Shown here piece after piece: positions 10,274 to 17,945 of a DNA stretch of 39,750 bases. This DNA comes from an uncultured cyanobacterium (GTDB taxonomy: Bacteria > Cyanobacteriota > Cyanobacteriia > Leptolyngbyales > Leptolyngbyaceae): the NCBI GenBank assembly GCA_963766075.1, contig CAVYAN010000005.1, positions 1 to 39,750 of the forward strand, in the 5' to 3' direction. The first letter of the stretch is position 1. The number at the start of each line of letters is the position of its first letter. A program made the translations under genes and the position numbers. The notes under the pieces were generated by a model. That model was not told the DNA's origin. It saw nothing but the letters and a program-made list of their open reading frames with translations, and ran no database searches.

Positions 10274-11130
10274 TACAACGTTTTTCAGGTAAATATGTCA
10301 CAGTCAAATAGCCGTAGATTAGTAGATAGCCATGAAACCTTACCCCATTGAATTGCGAGAAAGAATCATCACGATTTACGAAGCCGGGAACATCTCCATT
10401 CGGAAGCTAGCGGAGCGATTTGCTGTGAGCAAGGGGTTCGTGCAGAAAATGCTGAAACAACAGCAGGAAAAAGGCCACGTCAACCCTGGCAAGCAGGGCG
10501 GCCACATGAAAGGGGAACTCGATGGGCGCGAGGTGGATCTGGCGGCGATGGTGGAGCAGCATCTAGATGCAACCCTGGCCGAGTACTGTGAATATTGGGG
10601 AGAGCAATATGACCAATGGGTTAGTCCGAGCACTATGTGTCGAGCGCTGCAAAAAGCTCGACACACCCTAAAAAAAAAGACCTTACGCAGCACGCAAGCC
10701 GCGACCGAACGGGTGCAAAAACTGAGAGTTGAATACTGGGAAGCGGTGAAAGATATAGCGCCGGAGAATCTGATATTCCTCGATGAGATGGGGGTTTTAC
10801 TGGGTTTGACCCGCACCCATGGGCGTAGTTCGAATTGTGGACGGGAGCCGCAGTAGTAATGGATAATCTAGCGGCGCATAAAATGGCGGCGATTACACCG
10901 TTGATTGAAGCCGCTGGGGCTAGAGTCATTAATTTATCTCCTTATTCGCCAGAGTTTAATCCGATAGAGCTGTGGTGGTCACAACTGAAAGCTTTTCTGC
11001 GAACGTTTTCACCGACGACAACGCAGATGGTCGATACGCTGATTGGAACAGCACTCGATTTAGTGAATTCTGAGCATCTCCGTAACTGGTTTGCTAACTG
11101 TTGTTACTGTATCTCATAAACCTGAAACGT
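10274..11130 (+). mobile_element. IS630-family element, internally deleted, right end damaged
   Basis: Left end TA-CAACGTTTTTCAGGT at 10274. Only ACCTGAAACGT (11120-11130) remains of the right inverted repeat. A transposase lies inside. Confidence 0.85.
10332..11119 (+). pseudogene. IS630 transposase with an internal deletion and frameshift at ~10830
   Basis: N-terminal HTH (MKPYPIELRERI), A-run LKKK and IFLDEMG (first D), then an abrupt jump to LWTGAAVVMDN..LSPYSPEFNPIE. The segment normally between RTHGRS and VVMDN is missing. Confidence 0.85.
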
Positions 11131-11348
11131 CACGGAGGCTCCTCGTTTGCCGCTCAAATCGGGAACAATCCACTCCTCTAGCACCGACTCATCCAGCCAA
11201 AAGGTGAGACTTCCCCTCTGTTTCAGACCCGCGTTATACTCAGACCCGTTGCGGATGCGGTATTGAGCTTTCATGGCGGGTCTTTGTGTGGTAACTGAAA
11301 TTTACCATGCCTTTTCCGCACCCGACCCCTGTTTCATGCAACAACGCC
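11126..11348 (-). mobile_element. IS5-family (IS903 group) left-end remnant with truncated transposase starting at ATG 11274
   Basis: Not in the ORF track. Terminal GGCGTTGTTGCATGAAAC (11348-11331) resembles the IS903 IR GGCTTTGTTGAATAAATC. Minus frame reads MKAQYRIRNGSEYNAGLKQRGSLTFWLDESVLEEWIVPDLSGKRGASVTF. Confidence 0.85.
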
Positions 11349-11612
11349 GCAGAAATGCCGAGTCTAGGGAGGCTGGTTGGATCGCCTCCATCCTGCTGTG
11401 CATAACTTTGATGCGATCGCCCAAAGTTAATCTCCGTAACAATACAGGGTGATCTGGGAGGGCAGCCAAACCCACCTCAAACTGTTAGAACAGTTCTTAA
11501 TATTGAGAATCATCACAATCCTGCAAAAAGTATCTAATTTATCAGTTAGCTTGTAGGCATCTACTGTAGTGATTTGCCCATCTCTCCTTTGCTCGGCAGA
11601 CAGTAGAGTCCT

Positions 11613-12041
11613 ATGAAAATCCGATTGGAACGAAGATTGCCAAGTTGTCCTGCAACACTCCCATGCACAGTGTGCCGCCAACCCTTTGCCGTGAATTCGA
11701 TTCGCACGTTACTCTACAGTAATCACGGCTGGTTGAAGGGTGATGTTTGTCCACACTGCCTAAAGCTCAGCCCAGACAAGTTCAAACAACTCCTGTGGGC
11801 CCAATCCGCTCGTCTTCTGAATCCTCCCTCTCCAGGCCCATCCCAAACTCTATTGCGGCATCAAGAGTCCTTAGAATGCTTAGAACTCTCCCAGGAAGAC
11901 CTACACCGCCCGACGGGGTGGCAGTGGTGGCTGAAACGCTTGGCCATCTTTGCCCAGGAGTCCCAAGAGTTAGAAGCTACCCGTCTGGGGTTGAACTCTG
12001 CTAATTCCCCGCAGCGATCGCGCCTGGAAAAACTGTTATGA
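11613..12041 (+). CDS. Hypothetical protein with two CxxC pairs (putative Zn ribbon)
   Basis: 142-aa ORF with an ATG start, CTVC...GDVCPHC, filling an otherwise empty gap. Confidence 0.65.
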   Translation: MKIRLERRLPSCPATLPCTVCRQPFAVNSIRTLLYSNHGWLKGDVCPHCLKLSPDKFKQLLWAQSARLLNPPSPGPSQTLLRHQESLECLELSQEDLHRPTGWQWWLKRLAIFAQESQELEATRLGLNSANSPQRSRLEKLL

Positions 12042-12095
12042 GGATCTTTGGTAAGAAGCCCTTTGGCACTGTGCACTCTCATAAACTTCGCCCAT

Positions 12096-12129
12096 AAAAA
12101 ACGAGGCCACCACAGAAATGGTGACCTCG
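12096..12129 (-). terminator. Intrinsic terminator downstream of fmdB
   Basis: Minus strand CGAGGTCACCA-loop-TGGTGGCCTCG followed by T6. Confidence 0.7.
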
Positions 12130-12190
12130 GTCCCCTAGATCAATCGAGGAAGAATCATAGGCCAATCGCGATAATGTGCCGATCGCGATG

Positions 12191-12451
12191 CTAATGGGTA
12201 ATCATCCAGGGACGGCCATCGTTACAGCTTTTCGCGCGAGGTTTTTCGGGTTCGCGATCGCGCTTCACTAACTGGGGCTCCGGGTTTTCGCGCTTCAGCC
12301 GCATGGTGCCAGACAGTAGGGCAGGGGGCGAAAAAATCCGGCGTCCCGGCTCGTGGCAGGTTGGACAATGGGCAGGATTGCTCGATTCCACCAGCGATCG
12401 CCACAGGTCAAATACACCACAGGCATCACACCGAAATTCATAAAGGGGCAT
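12191..12451 (-). CDS. fmdB: FmdB-family zinc-ribbon regulatory protein
   Basis: MPLYEFRCDACG...CPTC...RRIFSPP...RPWMITH, directly downstream of the formamidase, with a GGAG SD. Confidence 0.9.
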   Translation of the reverse strand: MPLYEFRCDACGVFDLWRSLVESSNPAHCPTCHEPGRRIFSPPALLSGTMRLKRENPEPQLVKRDREPEKPRAKSCNDGRPWMITH

Positions 12452-12542
12452 ACAGGTCTCCCAGGCAAGGCTGACGAACTCTATTGGGGGGCAGAGGCAG
12501 GGCGATCGACGCATCACCCTGTCTCTCGTACTCAACAAGACA

Positions 12543-13751
12543 CTAAACAGGCAGGATATTTTGATCGAAAATGGCCGTAGGAATGGCAATCGTACAGCAA
12601 GCATTCGGAACATCCACAATGCCGCTGATGCGGCCCTCCACGGGGGCACAGCTTAGCAACAAGTAAGCTTGTTCACCCGTAAATCCGAATTTCTTGAGGT
12701 ATTCAATCGCATTCAGACATGCACGACGGTAGGCAATATGGGCATCCATGAAATATTGCTTACCCGTGAATTCATCCACGGAAATTCCTTCAAATACCAG
12801 GTATTCCGAATAGTGAGGCTCAACCGGACCCGGCTTGAAAATCGGGTTGACCATGCCATATTTTTCCACTCCGCCCTTGATGATATCGACATGCAGGTCA
12901 ATAAAGCCTGACATTTCGATCGCACCACAGAAGGAAATTTCACCATCCCCCTGGGAGAAGTGAATATCGCCCATCGACAGTTTGGCGCCTTCCACATACA
13001 CCGGGAAGTAGATCCGGGTGCCGCGTGACAGGTTCTTGATATCACAGTTGCCGCCATGTTCGCGGGGGGGCACGGTACGGGCTGCTTCTGCGGCGACGCG
13101 ATCGTAGTCGGCTTTGTCCAACGTGCCCAAAATCGCATTGGTGGGATTTGGCAAAGCTGCCAGTACGGGCACCCCATCAATATTTATACCGGCTCCATAG
13201 GTGCGGCGATCGGGCTGGCTAGACATCAACTCCGCTTCCCGCTTGTTCCAGGCGGCTAGCAGGTCGTGGGAGGGCGCACAGCCAATCAACCCGGGATGGG
13301 TAATGCCTGCAAATTTGACACCGGGAATGTGTCGCGACGAAGTGTAAATCCCTTGAAAGTCCCAAATGGCCTTGGCAGCATTGGGAAAATGGTCGGTCAG
13401 AAACCCCCCACCATTTTTGTGATCAAAGATGCCGGTGAATCCCCATTCATCACCCTGGAGAGCGCCAATATCAACTAAATCCACGACCAAAATATCACCC
13501 GGTTCTGCACCATTGACCCAAATAGGACCGCTCAGTACATGAACAACGGATAGGTCAACATCTTTCACATCACTGGGATCATCATTATCTTTGATCTGAC
13601 CATCGGTCCAGTCTTTACACTCAATCCGAAAGACATCGCCCGGATTTACCGAGACGACAGCGGGAATGTCAGGGTGCCAGCGGTTATGACCGGGCAATTC
13701 CTGTTGATCCATGGGTTTGGTCAAATCGACTTTGAACAGAGTCTTAGGCAT
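12543..13751 (-). CDS. fmdA: Formamidase (acetamidase/formamidase FmdA family)
   Basis: HNRWHPDIP, ECKDWTDGQI, HPGLIGCAPS, RTVPPREHGGNCDIKNLSRG, GDIHFSQGDGEISFCGAIEM, GIVDVPNAC; GAGGAG SD. Confidence 0.96.
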   Translation of the reverse strand: MPKTLFKVDLTKPMDQQELPGHNRWHPDIPAVVSVNPGDVFRIECKDWTDGQIKDNDDPSDVKDVDLSVVHVLSGPIWVNGAEPGDILVVDLVDIGALQGDEWGFTGIFDHKNGGGFLTDHFPNAAKAIWDFQGIYTSSRHIPGVKFAGITHPGLIGCAPSHDLLAAWNKREAELMSSQPDRRTYGAGINIDGVPVLAALPNPTNAILGTLDKADYDRVAAEAARTVPPREHGGNCDIKNLSRGTRIYFPVYVEGAKLSMGDIHFSQGDGEISFCGAIEMSGFIDLHVDIIKGGVEKYGMVNPIFKPGPVEPHYSEYLVFEGISVDEFTGKQYFMDAHIAYRRACLNAIEYLKKFGFTGEQAYLLLSCAPVEGRISGIVDVPNACCTIAIPTAIFDQNILPV

Positions 13752-13847
13752 GAAATTCTCCTCGTTCTACACACTAACGCATAGCAAAATCGTCAGACCG
13801 GGCGGGGCAGGTACAATAACTGCCCCCTATACCGGTATTCATTCTCC

Positions 13848-15491
13848 TCAAGCCGGTGCTGCCTTACAGGCATCGTGGCATTGGGCGTCGAGACTGCAAC
13901 AGAGTGAACAAATCGAGCCTTGATACACGGGGCAGTAGGCCATATCCTCGCGCTCGTATTCGTACTCGCAAATCGAACATTCGGTCAGCTCAGCAACCTC
14001 TGGGTTATCACGGAAATTGACATCTTCGCGAGCAATGTAGTATTTGCCCTTGGTGATCACCGCAATGATGGGGGATAGGATAAAGGAAATACCCAGAGCG
14101 ATAAACGTCGAAAATGCCTGAGCCGCTGGACCCATCAGCCCAAAAAAGGCAATTACAGAGATCACCGAACCCACAACCATGGAGCCAAACCCGACCGGAT
14201 TGAAGTCGTACAAATGAGCGCGTTTGAACTCAATGTAGGAGGGGCTTAAGCCTAAGGGTTTGTTGATCACCAAGTCCGCAACCAGGGCACCTACCCAGGC
14301 GATCGCCACGTTGGAATAGAAGCCCAAGACCCATAGCAGTACTGAAAACACACCCATCTCTTGCAAGGTCAGGGCGATGATCAGGTGAAACACCAGCCAA
14401 ACGACGCGACCGGGGTGGGCGTGGGTTAACCGAGAAAAGAAGTTCGACCAGGATAGCGAACCCGAGTAGGCGTTCGTAACGTTGATTTTGACTTGGGACA
14501 AGATCACGAAAACCGTTGCCAGGAACATGAATACGGCAGGGTCGGGGAAGATTTCCTTGAACCCTTCGATGTACATGTGAATCGGTTCGTTGGCTTTGGC
14601 AATATCGACGCCGTTTTTGACTGCGATCGCCGTGAAGAAGGCACCCGCCCACTGTTTCCACGCGCCCAAAATCACCCAACCCGGACCAGCGACCATGACC
14701 GCCGTCCACCATTTGCCCTTGTTTTGCTCCGTCAAATCCGGCATGAACCGCAGGTAATCAACCTGCTCTCCAATTTGAGCAATTAAGGAAAGTGCAACCC
14801 CAGCTCCGGTGGCACAGAGGAGAATGTCAAACCCGGAACCACTCGGAGAGGTTCCCCCAAAGCTAAACCAGGTAGACAACGCTGTTGGATCCTTGATCAA
14901 CACGGCAAACCAAGGCGCAAACATCCCCAACAACCAAATGGGTTGCGTCCACACCTGCAACTGGGCCAGCAGGGTCATGCCAAAGACCACCAGCGGGAAA
15001 ATCGCCACGGTACAGAGCAGATAGCCCCACATTAGGGGCAGACCGAAATAAATTTCGATTGCCTGGGCCATGATCGCCCCTTCTAGGGCAAAGAAAATGA
15101 AACAAAATGAGGCGTAAATTACCGATGTGAGGGTAGAGCCGATATACCCAAAGCCTGCGCCCCGGGTCAGCAAATCCATGTCAATGTTGTAACGGGCGGC
15201 GTAGTAGGAAATTGGAATCCCCGTGACAAAGATAATGACGGCGGCAATAAAGATTGCCCAGAAGGAGTTGGTGAATCCGGAACTGATGGCGATCGAACCC
15301 CCGATCGCAAAATCCGCGAGGTAGGAAATCCCCCCGAGAGCAGCGTTCGCTACCGTAAACTCAGACCATTTGCGAAATGAACGGGGCGCATAGCGAAGCG
15401 AATAGTCCTCTAGGGTTTCATTCACAACCCAAGAACTGTAATGGCGTTTTGATTTTTCTAATCGAGCACTAGCGGCTTCGGTTCTACTCAT
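13848..15491 (-). CDS. Purine-cytosine permease (NCS1)-like multi-TM transporter with C-terminal Cys-rich domain; putative amide/urea-type importer
   Basis: About 12-13 hydrophobic segments, ETLEDYSLRYAP, DMDLLTRGAGFGYIGST, QIGEQVDYLRF, KINVTNAYSGSL and an 8-Cys tail. ATG 15491 has a GAGG SD. Lies immediately upstream of fmdA. Confidence 0.85.
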   Translation of the reverse strand: MSRTEAASARLEKSKRHYSSWVVNETLEDYSLRYAPRSFRKWSEFTVANAALGGISYLADFAIGGSIAISSGFTNSFWAIFIAAVIIFVTGIPISYYAARYNIDMDLLTRGAGFGYIGSTLTSVIYASFCFIFFALEGAIMAQAIEIYFGLPLMWGYLLCTVAIFPLVVFGMTLLAQLQVWTQPIWLLGMFAPWFAVLIKDPTALSTWFSFGGTSPSGSGFDILLCATGAGVALSLIAQIGEQVDYLRFMPDLTEQNKGKWWTAVMVAGPGWVILGAWKQWAGAFFTAIAVKNGVDIAKANEPIHMYIEGFKEIFPDPAVFMFLATVFVILSQVKINVTNAYSGSLSWSNFFSRLTHAHPGRVVWLVFHLIIALTLQEMGVFSVLLWVLGFYSNVAIAWVGALVADLVINKPLGLSPSYIEFKRAHLYDFNPVGFGSMVVGSVISVIAFFGLMGPAAQAFSTFIALGISFILSPIIAVITKGKYYIAREDVNFRDNPEVAELTECSICEYEYEREDMAYCPVYQGSICSLCCSLDAQCHDACKAAPA

Positions 15492-15861
15492 TTGACCTCT
15501 TTTCAACCGATTTAATGATGTGATGACAGGGCAATTGTTGAAGATAGCAGGATAGTCAGAATTATTGAATCGAGGTGTATCCCATCCAATGGCAACTATC
15601 ACAGTTGGCATTGGACAAATAGTCCAAAGAGGTTTTTTAACGTCAACATAGAAGTTACTTGTGTAGAGTTATTTGCATGGAGAATTCGAGAACGAGCCAA
15701 CGAGTAATTAAAAACCTTGCCCCAGGCTTCGGCTAGGAGCGGATCTCCTGGAGATCCGACTCCACAATGCGAGGTGGAGCCTTTGCCTGGGAATTCCCAG
15801 GCGGAACCTATTAGCCTGGTAAGGGTTGGTTATGCACCGGATTGCCCTGTGCGGGAAGCAA

Positions 15862-15945
15862 GCTACGACTACGCTCAACCCTCATTGTCCCAGTGGGCTG
15901 AACGCTGTCGTAGCATTGCCCCAGTGGGCTGAGCGTAGTCGAAGC
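15862..15945. repeat. REP-like palindromic element with an internal 31-bp duplication
   Basis: Arms GCTACGACTACGCTCAACCC / GGGCTGAGCGTAGTCGAAGC (18/20 complementary). CATTGyCCCAGTGGGCTGA occurs at 15883 and 15914. Confidence 0.75.
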
Positions 15946-15972
15946 CCTACCCATGCCCTAAGATTGCGTGAA

Positions 15973-16437
15973 CTAATGGGAATGGTGTGAGGGATGGACA
16001 TGCGGCAGGATAATGTAAAGCTGGTCGGGCGTATTCTCTAAAGCTCTAACTTCTGCGGTGGCGGGGATGGGCATGCCCTCGGCGATTAACGTTTCTTTGG
16101 GATGGGCCAGGAGGTGAGACTTGAATCCGGCATCTTGGGAGGCTCGCAATAAAATGCGCGATCGCACCGCCCGTTGGGGATAGATTGATCCCAAGGACTC
16201 CTGCAACTGTTGCAGTTCCGTCTCCGTCATCAAGGGGAGTACGAAAAAAATCTGACCCGGTTGACTTTCTAAAACCGTCACCTGTTGCGATTCTGGAATG
16301 GGGATTGCCATATCCTGAAGAATGGCCTTGGGATTCACGAGCAATTGTGCCCGAAACTCCGGTTGATGGATGGCTTGGGCAATCACCTGGATGATCGATG
16401 GGGTGGGCGGTGGCAGAGTGGTCGATGGCATAGACAT
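15973..16437 (-). CDS. Protein of two tandem NHLP-leader / nitrile hydratase alpha-like repeats with a His-rich tail
   Basis: Repeat 1: VIAQAIHQPEFRAQLLVNPKAIL..IPIPESQQVTVLESQPGQIFFVLP. Repeat 2: ILLRASQDAGFKSHLLAHPKETL..MPIPATAEVRALENTPDQLYIILP. Ends HVHPSHHSH. Confidence 0.8.
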   Translation of the reverse strand: MSMPSTTLPPPTPSIIQVIAQAIHQPEFRAQLLVNPKAILQDMAIPIPESQQVTVLESQPGQIFFVLPLMTETELQQLQESLGSIYPQRAVRSRILLRASQDAGFKSHLLAHPKETLIAEGMPIPATAEVRALENTPDQLYIILPHVHPSHHSH

Positions 16438-16511
16438 GGTGAATCCTGTGTGATGATAGAGATACTTTTATGGGCTGCTCAAGCTGATGCTCAATTTGAT
16501 TTCCACGCTCG

Positions 16512-17168
16512 TCAGGCGGGTTGTCTAAGGGCTGATATTTTGGGCTGTACCGGTTGCTCCGATGCTAAAATTTCTAGGGCTCTGAGGCGAACTTGATAGG
16601 TTTTCCAGCGCGATTTGTGGGTTGTTTCCTGGGCGAGATGGCATAGAACATCGTAAAGACTGTTGCAGGCGGACCGGAATGAATAGCCGAACTGGATTGC
16701 CAAGGCGATCGCTTGCTGATCCGCCGCTGCCGCCTCTCGGAGGCTTTGTTCACCGCGATGCCGCTGATACAGTTGATTGCCTGCTAATCCAGCAACGACC
16801 AAACCCAGGACGAGCAGAATAATATTCTGCGCGGCTACTTCGGTGAGTGAGAAGGCCAGCCCCCCAATCATTACAGGCATTTCCCAGGCAAAATGGTTAA
16901 CCGTGCGGTGTTGAATGCGGGCCACTTCGTGCCAAAACAGCAAGTCGCGTTGATGGGTGGGGAGCCTCCCCCAACTCACCCAATCGACTTGAATGGCAAA
17001 CTGCTGTTTGCCGATGCGCGCTGTCGTAATTAAGGCTGGATTGACATCGGGCGATCGCACGATTTTGATATTAGATAGCCGCATCTGGGATGCCCAGTCC
17101 AAGGGCAACAGTCCATCCAATCGCTGCACTTCATCAATTTCCGTCAACCATTTCGTTTGAGCCTTCAC
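16512..17168 (-). CDS. DUF3318-like cyanobacterial membrane protein
   Basis: EVQRLDGLLP, QRDLLFWHEVARIQ, two TM helices, AADQQAIALAIQFGYS, YQVRLRAL. GTG 17168 with GGAG SD chosen; alternative start TTG 17189. Confidence 0.75.
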   Translation of the reverse strand: MKAQTKWLTEIDEVQRLDGLLPLDWASQMRLSNIKIVRSPDVNPALITTARIGKQQFAIQVDWVSWGRLPTHQRDLLFWHEVARIQHRTVNHFAWEMPVMIGGLAFSLTEVAAQNIILLVLGLVVAGLAGNQLYQRHRGEQSLREAAAADQQAIALAIQFGYSFRSACNSLYDVLCHLAQETTHKSRWKTYQVRLRALEILASEQPVQPKISALRQPA

Positions 17169-17665
17169 AACTGAATATCTCCACTCCAAAGGGGATTAAA
17201 AGAATCGAATAAACTAATCATAGAAATCAATGAGAAACCTATCGAGAATCGGATTTCCCTGAAATCTGATTCAAGCAACAGGGTTAAAGCAATACGGTTT
17301 GAGAGCGATAACTGCAAACAACTGCTCCGCAGACTGCAAGCTCTTCAGACTCGTTTACAGGAAGACCAACCTGACCGATTCTTAAAGAGCGATAGAGCTG
17401 TTACCGATTTCCCAAGGCCTGTCTGCGTGTAAGCAGAAGGGGCTATGTGGATATGTGCAGGGTGAATATCTGCGTAGGCACCCAGCCCCCTGAAGCATGG
17501 GTGAAAAAGATAACTTATCGATAGCCAACCTTACTTCTGAGAAGCGTGCTTCCGAGAACCTTAGTTCCCGAGAACCTTAGCTCTTGAACACTGGATTGAT
17601 AGCAGAGGGTATGTAGTCGTCCGTGATTTGTAGCTGAATCATAGGGAATCGTTCTCTATGATTTT

Positions 17666-17708
17666 GTATACTGGTCTACAAATTAATTATTAACTGGTTA
17701 ACTATCTT
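17666..17708 (+). promoter_or_regulatory. Canonical NtcA-activated promoter: GTA-N8-TAC plus -10 box
   Basis: tttTGTA-TACTGGTC-TACAaat (GTA at 17666, TAC ending 17679), then 23 nt, then TATCTT (TAN3T) at 17703-17708, pointing to the sensor kinase gene. Confidence 0.8.
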
Positions 17709-17945
17709 GCAAAAAACTGTCTTACTACGTCTCAGTATCGACAATCAAGGGGGGAAATGTGGTCATCTTGTGAGAAAACCGTGTCCACCGCTACTGAAGG
17801 GAGTTCCATTGACCTTGACAATACGAAAATATTTTTTATTTCACTGCTTGCCTAGCCCTATTCCCGCCGCCCTATTCTCTCAATACGGATCCGTGCCCTC
17901 CATGCTGCTCCATGCTGACCTTCTAGAATTAGAGCTCTGACCCCT

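Noticed and set aside
15717..15932. 71-aa plus-strand ORF
   Set aside because: Runs through the REP-like repeat, opposite to the operon, with no protein features.
15973..16437. RiPP precursor / biosynthetic cluster
   Set aside because: No GG motif or core peptide, and no YcaO, LanM or peptidase-containing ABC transporter nearby. The radical SAM gene is 21 kb away and lacks an evident SPASM/RRE domain.
15973..16437. Active nitrile hydratase alpha subunit
   Set aside because: It lacks the CxxCSC metal-binding motif, and no beta subunit is present.
16900..16945. HExxH metalloprotease site in the DUF3318-like protein
   Set aside because: The motif reads HEVAR; the second His is absent, so protease activity is not supported.
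17400..17665. c-di-AMP (ydaO) or other riboswitch, suggested by GGGTGAAT and GCTGAATC words
   Set aside because: The words are in the wrong order and the 3' conserved segment is missing; this cannot be supported without a covariance search.
17707..17940. 77-aa ORF in the kinase leader
   Set aside because: The TTG start overlaps the predicted -10 box, so it would not be on the transcript; no SD and no recognisable motif.
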